Notes: generated from the letters alone by a model not told the origin. DNA of 63,525 bases, filler included, from Hyphochytrium catenoides (GCA_900088475.1; 8 parts of 8 records of this genome joined end to end with filler, not necessarily neighbours in it), one strand, 5' to 3'; positions 1 to 16,109 are shown, numbered from the whole stretch's first letter. Made by a program: numbers and translations.

Positions 1-423
1 TGCGGGCAGACAAACAGGAACCCTTGCTCTAGGGAAGATATCAGAGTTTTAGAGAAGAGTAAGCGTTACCCTACTCTCGCTCCCTCTCTCTCTCTTCTCT
101 TTTTCTCTCTCGCTCCTTCCTCTCTTTAACCCTTCTTCAGGCGGGTCTCTTCCTCTGTGTCTCGTACTGTCCCCTATCGCCTTCTTCGTCTTTTCTCCTT
201 TGGCTTTCTCCCTCTCTCTCTCTCTCTCTCNNNNNNNNNNNNNNNNNNNNNNNNNNNNNNNNNNNNCTCTCTCTCTCCCTCTCTCTCTCTCTCTTACTCG
301 CGCCCTCTCTGTCCTCTGTCTCTCTCTTACTCGCACCCTCTCTGTCCTCTGTCTCTCTCTCTCTCCCTGTTTTTCTCCTGCTTGATCATAGACCCCTCAT
401 TTCTTAGCTCAACTTATCCCTTA

Positions 424-1858
424 CCTCCATATAGGCTGCTACGTTGTTCTCGTTAATCCCTAGGCTTTGCATGGACTGTCCGATTGCTTGAGGGCGCGAC
501 TGCGAGTGGGACCGAACTATTAGATTATGGAAGAACCCTAACGGGCGGCGAGCCAGAGCCACTACGCAGCTGCGCCTTGGGGTGGGGAAGGAGAGGACGA
601 GAAGACTGAAAAGACAAAGAGAAAAGAAGACACAAAATAATTGAAACCTGACGGTAGGAAAGCTAGACAAGCAGGGCACATGCTAGAGAGGCAGCAGAAG
701 CTAGAGAAGCAAGAGAAGGACGTTTCCTTCTTATTCCCGGCGCGAGACAGAAGAACGAGAGGCTAACATGAGGAGGAAGAGACGCAACAGCTTCTTCCGT
801 CTCACCAGAGCAGAGCTAGTACCCTTTCTCATAGCCGCGGGGGACTTGCTGGCCTTAGGTCCGTCCTTTGTGACCTAATCAAGATCGTAGGAGGGCAGAG
901 CTGTGAAGTGAGGACTCTACTAATGGAATAAGTCAGCAGCTGAAGGCAAGTGGAACAGGGAAGGAAGAAGAAAACAGCACGTGCCTACAAAGAACGCGCA
1001 AGGCATGTGCTGTTATTAGAAGAAAGGAAGGGGAGAGAGCGCCTAGACCACATTCGTTAAGACAGAGACTGAAAGAAGAAAGAAAGAAAGGTAAAGAGAG
1101 AGAGCGAGAGAGAGATAAAGAAATGAAGTGAAGAGAGCGGTAAGAAACCTCTCGAGTGTATCTCAGCAGGGGAAGAAGCGGGACAGTGGCTGGCAGCAAG
1201 AGCTCAAGAGACAGGGACCAACCTCAAAGAGGTCAGCGCAACCAATAGACCCAAACATCCTCTCGCACATCTTGATGACATTATGGAACCCAGCAAGCTT
1301 TTCTTCACGCAGCTGTGCAAACTGCTGGGACTCCTCTTCAATCCTGCGAGAGAGCAAAGAAGAGAGGGCAAGAAGTCAAGGCGGGCACCCCGGCGAACGG
1401 CGGAGAGTTCTCCACACCATTCTCTCTCTCTCTCTTGTTCACTATTCTCTCACTCTCCCTCCCCGCGTGTGTGTCTTCTTTTTTAGCCTGTCTCTCTCCT
1501 GCTGAAGCAGATGCGCCATCTCTCGTCCATATCGCTCCTCTTCATCCAGTATAGACTTACTGCGTCTTGCTTTTGACCATCTTCTCCGCAAACCGTCTCC
1601 TCACATCAACGGCGCCTTGAGTCAAGTCGGCCAGGTAACTGATGAAGAGGAGGCGAAAGGTGAGTCACATATGAGAAAGAGAGAGGAAACAGGAGGACCG
1701 GCAGAGTTGCATGTGGAAAAGAGGGGGCAATCGTTATGCTGATGATGGGTGGCACGGCGAAGGAGCGGAGAGAGGTAGAGTGTGCTGAAGTCAAAGACAG
1801 AGAGAGCGGGAAAGGGAAGGGAAAGAAGAGAGGACGAGGAAGAGAAGAGAGAGAGCGA

Positions 1859-1899
<41 letters not shown>

Positions 1900-3926
1900 G
1901 ACAGTAGGCTTATGACGCACTTTTCTTTCTCTGCCGTTATCAGCTCGATCTGGTCCCGGGCAACGCTGATCTCATCATTTGTCATCTTGGAAAGTAAGAG
2001 GAAATGAGAACAGCACGAGGTAGTCTTTTAGTAGTGTAAGGGTAAAGATGGACTCTTCGTAAGTCTTGGTAGGAATGCGCGCGACGCAGTGAGACAGGGA
2101 GAGAGAGAGAAGGAAAGAGCGGAGTGTGGAGCTGTGGACAAGGCACAGAGAGAAATCGAAGAGAGATGGCACAGAGGTCGCGGCTGCGCAGGCAAATCCG
2201 GTAAATTAGTAGTGGGAGACCTGAATTTCCTTCATCAGCTTCATCATCTCCTCTTCCTTCTGCAGGAACTTTTCCTTGACGACCTCGTAGTCATCAATGC
2301 CTGGATACTGACTCTAAACCGGGGAAGGCCGAGAGGATGAAGAGGACGGAAGAGCGCAGCGTGCCGAGCGTGATGTGAGCCAATAGGGCCGACCAAAAGA
2401 AAGGCAAAGATTGAAGATTGAGAGAGAGAGGGAGAGAGAGAGAGCATTAACCCTAAGCCTGATAGAGAGATGGTAGCAGCTGGCAACTCTGGTGACTCTC
2501 TCCCTCTCTAACTGTCTCTGTGTGCGCATTTCTCCGCTCCGTCGCACTTCCTCCATCTCACCGTACCAGAATAGAGGCGAAGGCCTGCTCGTACTGCTCT
2601 GGAGTGGCCTCGATCCTTTTATGAGCATGGCCCTGCATTTAGGATATGAGAAAATGGGGGAAGGAAGCCAAGGACGAAGGAAGTCAGAGGGAGAGAGAGA
2701 GAGAGCAAAAGTAAGCGAGAGAGAGCGAAAGAGAAAAAGAGAGAGGCAAAGAAAGGAAGCGAGAGAATAGGAAAAAAAAATCACTCTCCACTCAGCTGGA
2801 AGTCGCCGAGAAGCAAGAAGATAAAAACGACGACCGCCGGAGACAGGGTCGACAATAGGGAAGAGCCAAATATGAGAAGAGGAGCGGTGAACTAGGTAGC
2901 GTACCTCTTCTCTTGCGGTGGATCCATTGTCCTGATTCTTGGTTATCAGGATGCTGCTTCTGGCAGTGGCTCGCTGGGCAGGAAGATCAAAGGTAATGGT
3001 CTGGCTCTCTTTCCAGAATTTCTCTGATGTAAGATGATAACACACGGAAAGATGGGAGTAGCATGAAGGCGTATGAGAAAAGAGAGAGAGAGAGAGGCGA
3101 AGAGCATCATGTCAGCCTCCTGCTCCTGCATGCTAAGCTGTCTCCTCTTCTTCCTGCTTCGTCTGCCCTTACTATCCTACCTGTCTCCTTCTTCTGTGCT
3201 TCAATGAGCTCTGTCAGCTCGTCATAGATCTCTTTAAAAGCGCGCTTCTCCTCTCGTGCTAGGGCGATCAGATCCTCAGTCTGGCCCACCAACTACGAAT
3301 GATATGTTGAGGGAAGGGTCGACGCATAAGAGAGGAGAAGGAAGACTGAAAGGAGAGAAAGAGAGAGGAAAGAGGTAAAAGAGAGAGACAGAGAAGGAAG
3401 ATGACGGGGAAAAAGAGGACAAAGAGACCGACAGAAACGTAGAAAGAGGAGACCAAAGAGGGAAAGCATAGGAAACAGCGTCTTTCCCCTGCTTTCCTTA
3501 CCGCATCTCTGTCCTGCATGATCTGGTCAGAGCTCTCCATAGCCTTGTCCAACATCTCCGTGTACTCTTTCAACTGGCGCTGGAACTGCAACCAGGAGAG
3601 GAGAGGGAAGTGTCAGGAAGGAGGAGTGAGCATAGGGAGGAGGGAGTCCGAAGACGAAAAGAGACGAGGGAGAGAAGAAGATAGGAAAGCGTTGATCACC
3701 GTCACGTTTTCCTCTTCCTCTTACGCTCATTCTCTACCTTGTCCTCGTACTTCCCGCTTCTACGCGGCGGTGGCTCCGTTCTTCCCTCTTTTCACTCTCG
3801 TTTAGAGTCCTCTCCTTCCATCACTATCATCTTATATCCTCTGTCCTCTCACGATATTTTTCCTCTCCATCCCTCCCTCTGTCTCTCTCTCTCTCTCTCA
3901 ACCTCTCTCTCTCAACCTCTCTCTCT

Positions 3927-3961
<35 letters not shown>

Positions 3962-3985
3962 TCTCTCTCTCTCTCTTTCTCTCTT

Positions 3986-4016
<31 letters not shown>

Positions 4017-5032
4017 TCTCTCTCTCTCTTTCCTCTCTCTCTCTACTTCAATCCAGCATACCCTTATTATTCCTTTCCTCCTCTCTTCTCCTGACGATCA
4101 CAGTCTTTCCCTTCTTTTGCTCTTTGTCAATCTAACTTTTTCCCTTTCTATAAGCCCCCTCCCTACTTCCGCATTCCCTGCCTTCCCCTGAAGAGTATCG
4201 AGTCTGTTCTGTCTCTCCTACCTTCTGATAAATTTCATCATGCGCAATCCGTACTTCTCTTCTTCTGTCAATCCTCTCCTTGAAGTTAGCATTCTCGGTC
4301 AGGGTCTCGCTCTGACGCTGTCTTGCGGCGGCCAAACGGTTCTCCAGGATTGAAAGCTGAGGGGCCGGAAGAGAGTAAGAACAAGAGAAAGAGAGAGAAC
4401 GACGACCGGTAAACCTATGGATAACGAGAAGAAGAGAAAGCAGAAGAGAGGGAGAGCGAAGAATGCGTCTAGAGAAGGAGAATAAATACATAAAGAGAAA
4501 GAGAGAGAAGAGAGAAGGACCGACCTTCTTTTGGTGTGAATGTTGGAGAGATTTAGAGGCATTTACACCTCCTCCTCTCGCATCCGCCTCTTTCCTTCTC
4601 TCTTGCTGCAGTCTGATCTCTTCCTGGACCACGTCCACTTTGTCCTAGACATGGCAGGATGTAGTGGAACGGGAGAGACGAAGATGAAGAGGCCAGGGAA
4701 GAAAAGAAGAGAGTGTTGGACGATGCGAAGATAGAGGTAAAAGCCAATAGATCACTCCTCTCACTACCCCTAAAGCGAATAAGAACGCCTAGAGGTAAAG
4801 GATAAAGAAAATGGAGAGTGGAATGGGGGAGAAGCGAGAGAGAAAGAGAGAGAGGGAGAGAAAAGAGAAAGCGAAGACGACAGAAGGACATCGCGAAGCT
4901 GTCCTGATACTATCACCTCACCTCGAGCTCCTTGAGCACTTGCCTCTGCTCAAAAATTTTTCTAGAGAGCTGGTCCCCTTGCACCTGTAGGTTGAAGACG
5001 TGATCCAGAAGAGCTTTCTTGTTCGACGCCAT
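424..5032 (-). CDS. Outer dynein arm docking complex subunit (ODA-DC2/CCDC114/CCDC63-like coiled coil), multi-exon; 3' end not resolved, probably near or beyond the window start
   Basis: Spliced peptides MASNKKALLDHVFNLQVQGDQLSRKIFEQRQVLKELE / QQERRKEADARGGGVNASK / LSILENRLAAARQRQSETLTENANFKERIDRRREVRIAHDEIYQK / LVGQTEDLIALAREEKRAF / MFGSIGC / SLGINENNVAAYME match my recollection of the ODA-DC2 pattern (GGVNA..., ILENRL...N..LR..ID..R.ER...D.IY.K, GV.E.N...Y). GT-AG introns are CT-rich. Confidence 0.75.
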
Positions 5033-5562
5033 CGTACCCTTCCGTCTTTCTCTCTCTTTGTCGTTCGTTTCTTGCTGTTGCCTCTTCGCTCTCCTTTCCT
5101 GGTTGATCCTCCTTTGCACCGGTATCTTCTGTCTGAAGAATGTCGTTTACGAAGTTGGACGAAGAGAGAGCTCCGAAATGAGACAGATATCGCTGCTGTT
5201 TCTTCTTCTTCCCTCCCACAATGCCTCTTCTTCCTCTTACCTGTTTCTTACTTCGTGCCGCACTTCTCACTAGTCTTGGCTCTTCAATTTTTGGTTGCTC
5301 CCTTTCCTCTTCACTGTTACAGCCGATCGAGGAGAGTGCTGCTCACTAGCGTCGGCCTCCTGTCTCCTATCTTTATAAACCCTGTGTCTCATTATCCTCC
5401 TCCTGCTCCCTCTCTTCCCATGTCTCACTGTCTCCGTGGTCAACTCGATCTTTTCTGTGGCTCTCTCCTCTTCTTTCCCGCTTCTTCCGTCTTGCATCAT
5501 AAAGCTTCTTGCTGTTTCTCTTTCCCTTTCCCTCCTCGTGCTTACATCTCTTCCATTCTTCT

Positions 5563-5594
<32 letters not shown>

Positions 5595-6299
5595 CTCTCT
5601 CGTCTTGGAGTCCCTGTCTCCCGGCCGCCTGTCTCCCTGCCACAGCCACTCCTCCCTCCACCAAAGCAGGTGAAACGGATCTTTCTGACCTCCCCCAGGA
5701 GACCTCACCATCAAAACCCTGGGGGATCTCTGGAGATAGTTTGTTGCTCATTCACCGCTGCTCAAACTCTTGAAAGGCTCAAGGATCAGCTCCAATTACC
5801 TGCTTCAGCAGCAGCAGGAAGAGCAGCCTCCTCATGATTTGTTGAGCTGCTGCCGTCATCAGCAGCCTCAGCTCTGGGATGCGTATAGAGAATAGGTGGA
5901 CGTGAAGAGCAGGAGCATAAACGTAGAGGCACTGATGGAGGAAAGAAGGCAAGGACTGGGCACGGGCAGCCAAACCTCCGCAGCATGAGAAGGGGAACAG
6001 GGCCTGAGGAATGGTTAAAGAGAGAGAGACCAGGGGCATGGTCAGGACATCCCTTTATCTAAAGAAAGCATTAAGAGCTCTTGGCGAGCGAACTCATCCT
6101 CAGTCTACGAAAAGCGTGACTGGTTGGGATGAGAGCTGTCTGGTAGCTTTCGAAGGATAAACCCTAAGAGTAGCCAGGAAACCTATCTACCTCCTGTCGC
6201 CTCTCTATCGTATCACTACGCTAGTCATCTGTAAAGCCTTGTATCTTCTACCAGGCTTCGCTGGGGAAGAAGATAGTGGTCGCTCTCCTAACCTCTTCC

Positions 6300-9522
<3,223 letters not shown>

Positions 9523-10254
9523 CTTCTCTCTCTCTCTTTTTCTGCTATACTCTCTTCTCTCTTTTGGCTTTCGTGCCCGGTGATATAATGAGCTAAGTTA
9601 GTTTATCGTCGACGCATCGTCTCCTTTATATAAGACAAGAGAGCCTGTCATTCCAGACGAGGTGTGAGAAGAGCTCAAAGGCCGAGGGAGGTGTTGTCCT
9701 GCAACTCTTTCTTGCAATACCATCCTCTGCCTGCACCTCCCTCTCTCCACTCTCTTCAACCTCTCGCTTCGTGCTCTCGTTGTGCTCTGTTTGTACTCTC
9801 TTTGTGCTCTCTGCGCTCTCTCTCTCTCTCTCTCTCTCTCCCTCTCTCTCCCTCTCNNNNNNNNNNNNNNNTCCTAGCCGTTAGCGGTAAGCCATCATCA
9901 AATTGTTCAGAACAAGCTTTTCTTGAGCCTAGAACTACTCACACCACGAGACAGAGCAAGTTAAAGAGATGTCAATCTACAGCACTAGCATGGGATGAAC
10001 CTCGAGGAAGAGAGACGGAGAGACATGACTAGAAGAACTAAGATGCGATGATGAAGCGACCGACGGCAAGCGCAGACCTCTCAGGGCGCTGACAGAGGGA
10101 ACAGGAAGCGGAGCAAGGTAGAGACGAAGAGCAGAGCAAGGAGTAGAAGGACAGACAAGGAAGAAGCGATAAAACGCCGAAGACGAAGAAAAGCAGAGAG
10201 TAGACAGGATAGAGAGAGGAGACCTGAGTCGTGCCGAATTGTTACTTAACAGCA

Positions 10255-13200
10255 TGGCCTCCCCAGGCGAAGCCACAGCGTGGAAGGCGGTTCTGGTCAG
10301 CTCCGTGGCTGTTGCCGCCATAGGAGCAGCTTCTTGGCCCCTGATCCAGCACTATAGACACAAGGACGAAGGGTAAGGGAAGTCAAACATCGAGATAAAG
10401 AGATACAACGAGCGCAGCCCCTACGTCTTCTCTATGTCTCTGCCTCTCTCTATCTCTTTCACTGACTATTCACCCGATCTTCACTCAGCACCAAGTCAGC
10501 TCTCCCCTTTAACGCTGTTTCTGTCACTGCGTTCGAAATCCGTCCCTTTGTCTAGTGGTAAAAAGCTCTTTGTGTTCGGACTCGGCTATTGCGGAGTGCG
10601 GGCAGCGATAGAGTTCCGGCGCCAGGGCTTTCGAGTGGCGGGAACAGTTCGCAGCCATACCGCAGCTAAGGAGCTAAGGAGTAAAGAAGGTAGGAGGAGG
10701 AGTAATGAACAGAGAGAGAGAGTCACGTAAGCATCAAGTGTGAAGAGAAAGAGAGAGAAATTGACAAGGCGAGTCCATTATGGCGCCGGTTCCAGAGATG
10801 CTATTGGAGAATACGGAGAAGCTTTCATCGGTGCCGTCAGTGGTGCTGTGGGAGATAGACAGCCATATCCTTGCGCACTCCCCTTCTCTTTGTCAGTCCA
10901 ATTCCTTGCTCTTCTCACCCTTCTTCTCCGCCTTCTTAATTATCGTCCTTCATCCCTCGCCTTCCTTCCTCTTCTCGAACTTCTCTCTCTTCTACGCATC
11001 AGGCATTGAGACGCATGTCTTCAGCGACACCTCACCCTTGAAAGATCCAGAGAAGGTCCTCAGGGGCGTGACTCATATTCTCATTACTGCCCCACCCACA
11101 AAAGACGGAGATCCCGTGCTCTCGTCCACCCTAAAAGATGCTCTCTTGAGCCTGGAGGGGGTTGAGTGGGTCGGTTATCTCTCTACTACTGCCGTTTATG
11201 GTGACTGGTGAGGGCGTTTCTTCTCTTGCACGTCCTGCCTCCGTCAACTCGCCTCTTGCTTGGCTTCCCTTCTGTCTAGTCTATAGTTCGGCATACTCTT
11301 CCCTCTCTCTTCTGATGGCTTCTCTTTCTTAGATGTCAAGCTTCTGCTCTGTGTATCTCTCTGTCTTGCATTCTCCTGTCTTCTGCCACCACTAGCTGGA
11401 TGCCCAATTGGTCCTTACTATTGCCGCTTCTCAACAATCTCCTGGTAGTGGTGGCGGTGTGGTGGAGGAAGATAGCCCTTTGCAGCCTATGAGCACTAGA
11501 GGCCGCCTCAGGGTGCTAGCTGAGGAGCAGTGGCGAACGTCTGGTCTCCCAGTCCACATCTTTAGGCTCCCGGGCATATATGGACCAGGTGGGAACTGAG
11601 GAACAGAGGACGACCGAGAGGCTCAAGGGGAAGGAAGGGCGCTTTAGGATTTTGAAGCATAGAGGGGGAGACGGGAGAGAAAGTGAGGCAGCAAGTGCCA
11701 GGAAAGAAGAGACAAGAAGGGTTGGAAACGAAGTTTAGGCATAGATGTGGAGAGCTTCGCCAATCTCTTTGCTCTGCTGTCTCCCCTGCTTCTCGACCCC
11801 GTCCTCTCTTCTTCTATCTGTTGCGCCCTCTCTACTCTCTGATCTCTTTTCCTCCTACTAGAGCTAACTCTTTCTCTCTTATAGGACGTGGTACAATACC
11901 GAAGGTGAGGGAAGGGACAGCTCGTCGGATACTGAAGGAAGGACAAGTCTTTAACAGGATTCATGTCGATGACATCGTGCAAGCTCTAACTCTATCAGCT
12001 GCCGCACCCAAAGCTGGTGAGGACTCTCCCTGGACGACCTCCTTTCTCGAAGTTTCTTAAATGTATTATAATCTCTGACTCCGTGATTGTTTTAGCTCTT
12101 CCTCTTAAAGCTCTGCCATCGATCTCAGTATCTGGACGATCTCTACTGGTTGAAAGTGTCGTCGTCAATTACCTATAGAGTTAGACTCCCTGTCCTAAGT
12201 TAGATCTTTGTGTGTGCCCCTCCAGGCTCAATATACAATGTAGCTGACGACTATCCATGCTCACCCGCTGAGCCTGTGGAATTTGCGGCCAAACTGCTCA
12301 AAATGCAGCCTCCTCCTGCTGTGCCGTGGGAAGAGGCAGAAAAAGAGATGTCAGCCATGGCCCGAAGCTTCTACAGTGAGAGCAAGAGAGCAAGCAACAA
12401 GAAGATAAAGACAGAGCTGGGTCTTAAGCTCAAATATCCGACATACAGGTACACGACAGAATAAGCTTCTTTCTTCCGTGGACGTTATGAGGCTGCCGAC
12501 ACTCAGCTCTTCTGGTTGTTTAGGTCAAAAACAAATAATACTTGCTCTGCTGTCAAGGAACGCTTTCTTCTGCTCGGCTGTCCCCGCTAGGGGAACTGTT
12601 AGCTTGCTGTCGCTAACTTACCTGTGCTGCAGGGAAGGTTTTGTCGCCCAGCTTGTCGAAGAAGAAGCTAGGGAAATGGAGAAGACGCTGTCATGGTCTG
12701 CCAGTCTTGACCGCCTCCTTTCCCACCTTCCGACCTGGAAGCGCGAACCCAAGCTTCAATACCTGCTCGTAGATGTGGGCTCGCTGGCTCCCGGTGAGGA
12801 GATAGACGGGGCGTCATATTATGTTTTACTTTTGAGCTTACACGAATCTGTTCGTGCTCAATATAACTTTTCATGTCGCTTGTGTCTGATATGGATACTC
12901 TGATGGAGGGAACGGGGTAGGACTGCTGAGTTCTTCTTTCTCTCGTGTCGTTCTGTGACGGTCCGAAATGTGCTCTCGAGTGGATTAGCTTATGTCCTTC
13001 AGACGCTGCCTCTCGATCGACCTTGATGTATTCACTCTCATCTTTTCTCTTCACCCTTGCTGCAGGAGCAACCCTCAACTTACGCCAACTTGCAACCATA
13101 CTCCAGCAGAAAGTAGGAAAGGATGGCGAGGTCCACGCATGCTCTTGCAGGTTTGCTGACAAAATAGACAAGGAGAGCCTGGGTGGCGAACCGGCAGAGT

Positions 13201-14566
13201 TATTACAGCCGCTTATGGAGCGCTTACTGAGCACAGGTCGGCTTTGTTTTTATGGCCTAATAGCCTAATAGCCCATTCGGTCTGTGTACTGAGTGCCCCA
13301 AGTATGCAGTCTTTGGTCTACCCTTTCAGAGACTTCAGACATTAGTTCTCACTAGAGCATATCTACAGCCTGGCTGAAGAGAAGTCGCCTTGGAGTTAGC
13401 ATTCTCGAAGCCTTCGTGTCCTTGGGTCAGCTTATTGCTAAAAAGCAGTGGTCTAAGCCTTTCTCTCACATCTTTAGGTCAAGGAAAAGAGTTCATCATC
13501 CTACCCCTCATGTTTGGGCCTACGAAGACCTTGACTGAGTTCATTCCCCAAAGGGTGGCCCAAATTCGACGATCGTGGCCCGAGGTCAGGGTCCACGTTG
13601 CAGGTAGGAGATGTAGGGATAACGGTTTAACCAGCATGCTTCCGTGGATTCTCTATGGCTTGGGTGCATACATGAGGATCGTGAGCATTTGCGGGGAACT
13701 GTGTTACGCTCCTCTTCCTTTCTTTAGGAGAGTTGAGTATGGTCCTCCTGGTTGTCCTTGGATGTCACATAATGTTTCAACAACCCTCACATCCGTCACT
13801 CGGATGCGCTCTTTCTGCTGTCTGGTTGCCCTTTTCTGGCAATAGAGCCTATCATTACCAAGAAGCAGGAGGACAATCGCGTAGCCCTTATACTGAAGGA
13901 CCGGTTACTGGAGCAGGCGGCTAAGGTGCCTCTTTTCTCATTGACCGAGATTACCGTGGTACTGGTGGATCATGGCTCTCCTAGCAAGGATGTGACTGCG
14001 GTGAGGGACTTTGTCGCTGCACAATTGACCGACACCATTGGCTCTGAGGTAAAGTACAAAGAGGAGAAGCAATCTGGAAGTATATGCGCTGGTCGGCTTT
14101 CCCCTCTCTTCCCTATCAACCACCTTATCAGCATGTTCGCTATTGCGCACTAATTGGAAGCTCTGGCCTGTCGGCAACCATCTCTCCTTTGTTTTAAATA
14201 GTTATATATTCGCCTGTATCTGTGTAGGTTCGCAAAGTCATCGCCTCTTCGATGGAGCGTCGCGAGGGGGAAGAGTATGCCTTCAATGAGCCTCTTCTAG
14301 AAAGTGTCTTTGAGCAGGAGGAAGCTAAGGCGGATGAGGAAAGAGCATCGGCGTATGTGGTGCTGCCTCTGTTCTTCTCTCCTGGACGTCATGCTGGACC
14401 TGACGGTGACATTGCTCAGATAGTGGAGAGAGTAAAAAACAAGTTCACCACAGCAGGAGTTCTCCCTCCTACGATCCTCTTGGGCAATGTGCTGGGCTCC
14501 CATCAACTGCTGGTAGACATTCTTTATGATCGACTCATGGACACGGCCGGCCACAAGACGCTGTAG
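10255..14566 (+). CDS. Fusion protein: N-terminal hydrophobic anchor + atypical SDR/NAD-dependent epimerase-dehydratase (YeeZ-like) + two-lobed CbiX/SirB-type class II chelatase; multi-exon
   Basis: Epimerase motifs: LFVFGLGYCG, VGYLSTTAVYGD, FRLPGIYGPG, FNRIHVDDI, YNVADD, SFYSESKRASNKKIK, LKYPTYREG. Chelatase motifs: LLVDVGSLAP, ATLNLRQLA, ILPLMFGP, VVLVDHGSP, SMERREGEEYAFNEPLLE, LPLFFSPGRHAGPDGDI. Exon 12633-12793 runs without a stop from the epimerase end into the chelatase start. Confidence 0.85.
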
Positions 14567-15097
14567 GGATGCAAGTCGAGTAGACGAGCTTCTAGGTGAC
14601 ATGTCGAAGGAAGAGCGGTCGACTGACAGCCTTAGGAGGTGGGACAAAAGTGTGAGTACACAAAAAGACTACAAAGCTGGCTGCTCTGAGTAGCGAATAT
14701 TGGTATATCTGGGCGGTTCCTACGTTCCCTGGAGAGTGGCGGTGGATGTCAAGTTTCCAGGAGGATAGAGAGGACAATGGGAATAAGCCTTTTGGAAGGT
14801 TGTAGAGCCTTGCGTCAGGTCACTAGGAGAAACAGGCGTCGAGAGGAGAAAGAGGAAGAAAGAAGTGAAAAATGAATAGAGATGGGCAGGCTTCGGCCGC
14901 TGCTTCTGTACTGTCAACTGTGGAAGAGCCCACTTGTAGAGCCTTACGCGCATCTGATAGGATGGACGAAGATAGAAGACAATCCCCTTATCTCCCAAGG
15001 AGACAGACGAAGGGAAGCGCCTATTTGCTGACAGAAAATGCAAAGGACCGAATCGTTCGTATGCAACTCTTCGCTTTATTCTTATCCTTGTCCTCCG

Positions 15098-15169
15098 GGT
15101 AGCCACTGGGACTTGAACCCAGGTCTCTACGTAGACAACGTAGCGTACTGACCACTATACGACAACTAC
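15098..15169 (-). tRNA. tRNA gene, anticodon GTC (nominally Asp), with atypical identity elements
   Basis: Minus strand folds to a full cloverleaf: GTAGTTG TC GTAT AGTGGTCA GTAC G CTACG TT-GTC-TA CGTAG AGAC CTGGG TTCAAGT CCCAG TGGCTAC C. A-box and B-box (GGTTCAAGTCC) are present. Confidence 0.85.
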
Positions 15170-15284
15170 TGGCGAAGGAACGTGGCAGAGAAGCGAGAAA
15201 AGAGATCAAAGAGATATCACATCAGCCCTTAAGCCGAAGAAGGGCTTCACATGGCAGTTAAGAGGCGAGGTCCCACGATTCCTT

Positions 15285-15894
15285 TTAGACAGCACTTTGC
15301 GGTCTGTTAAGAGAAGCTTCCTTGTACGCCAAAGCAGCTCCCTCGTCGCCGTACCCACGAGGAGAGACGATGGACGCGTGCGGTCCAGGGACACTGGACA
15401 TCTGCTCAAACGGCACAGCGTCCTTAGGAGGAGTCCATGAGTAGATGCCAATTCCGCCCATGTTGAGCACCACAGCTAGCCAGTAAAGAGGGGACAGTTT
15501 CTGGCAAGAGATGCAATAGAGGTATGGGAGAGAAAGAGAACGTGTTAGGCGGAGCTCTACTTCTGTCCAGAAATCTGAGAATCGGAAGTTGGTGAGCTAT
15601 CCAGAAGAAAGATGTGAACTTAGGCACAGAATGACCACGAGTGGGGGGCGAATGAAGGGACAGAGAGACAAAGTCCCACTAATAAACGGGAGGTTTGTCC
15701 ATATAACAAAAGAACGGAACTAGGTACGAAGAGCCCGAAGTGTTGAGTGTCTTACCTCCTTAAAGAGATACTTCGCGAACACCACAGCAAAGAAGTCTGA
15801 AGTGGTAAGAGAGAGATTGAAGAGAAGAGACTCGCTCACTCTCAGGAACACTGAGGTCACGCTGTACATGAAGAACAAGCACGCAGTGAAGCCC
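15285..15894 (-). CDS. SLC35F1/F2-like drug/metabolite transporter, 3' part (5' part cut by the contig end)
   Basis: GFTACLFFMYSVTSVFLRVSESLLFNLSLTTSDFFAVVFAKYLFKE | KLSPLYWLAVVLNMGGIGIYSW matches the SLC35F C-terminal signature (FNLSLLTSDF...LF.E....LY). Confidence 0.8.
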
Positions 15895-15994
15895 NNNNNN
15901 NNNNNNNNNNNNNNNNNNNNNNNNNNNNNNNNNNNNNNTTAATTAATTAANNNNNNNNNNNNNNNNNNNNNNNNNNNNNNNNNNNNNNNNNNNN
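15895..15994. other. Artificial contig spacer (44N-TTAATTAATTAA-44N)
   Basis: The same 100-bp construct occurs seven times, has stops in all six frames, and truncates genes on either side. Confidence 0.97.
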
Positions 15995-16000
15995 TTCCAG

Positions 16001-16109
16001 GGAGCAAATTATGGAGGCGATGGCCGACTATCAGTTTGGCAAGAACGGCTTTGAAAAGGCACCTCGTTGGCGATCAGAGATTGGTAAACCCATTACTGAC
16101 CGAATGTAA
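16001..16109 (+). CDS. Pirin-family protein, last exon only
   Basis: After a CAG acceptor: EQIMEAMADYQFGKNGFEKAPRWRSEIGKPITDRM*, matching the eukaryotic pirin C-terminus (EEI.QA..D....KNGFE.A..W.S.IG). Confidence 0.8.

Noticed and set aside
15132-15134. CTA in the tRNA loop read as an amber-suppressor anticodon
   Set aside because: With the 5-bp stem, CTA occupies positions 36-38, not 34-36. The centred anticodon is GTC.
15939-15950. TTAATTAATTAA palindrome recurring seven times, as a biological repeat or element end
   Set aside because: It is always centred in exactly 44+44 Ns and cuts genes, so it is a concatenation linker.
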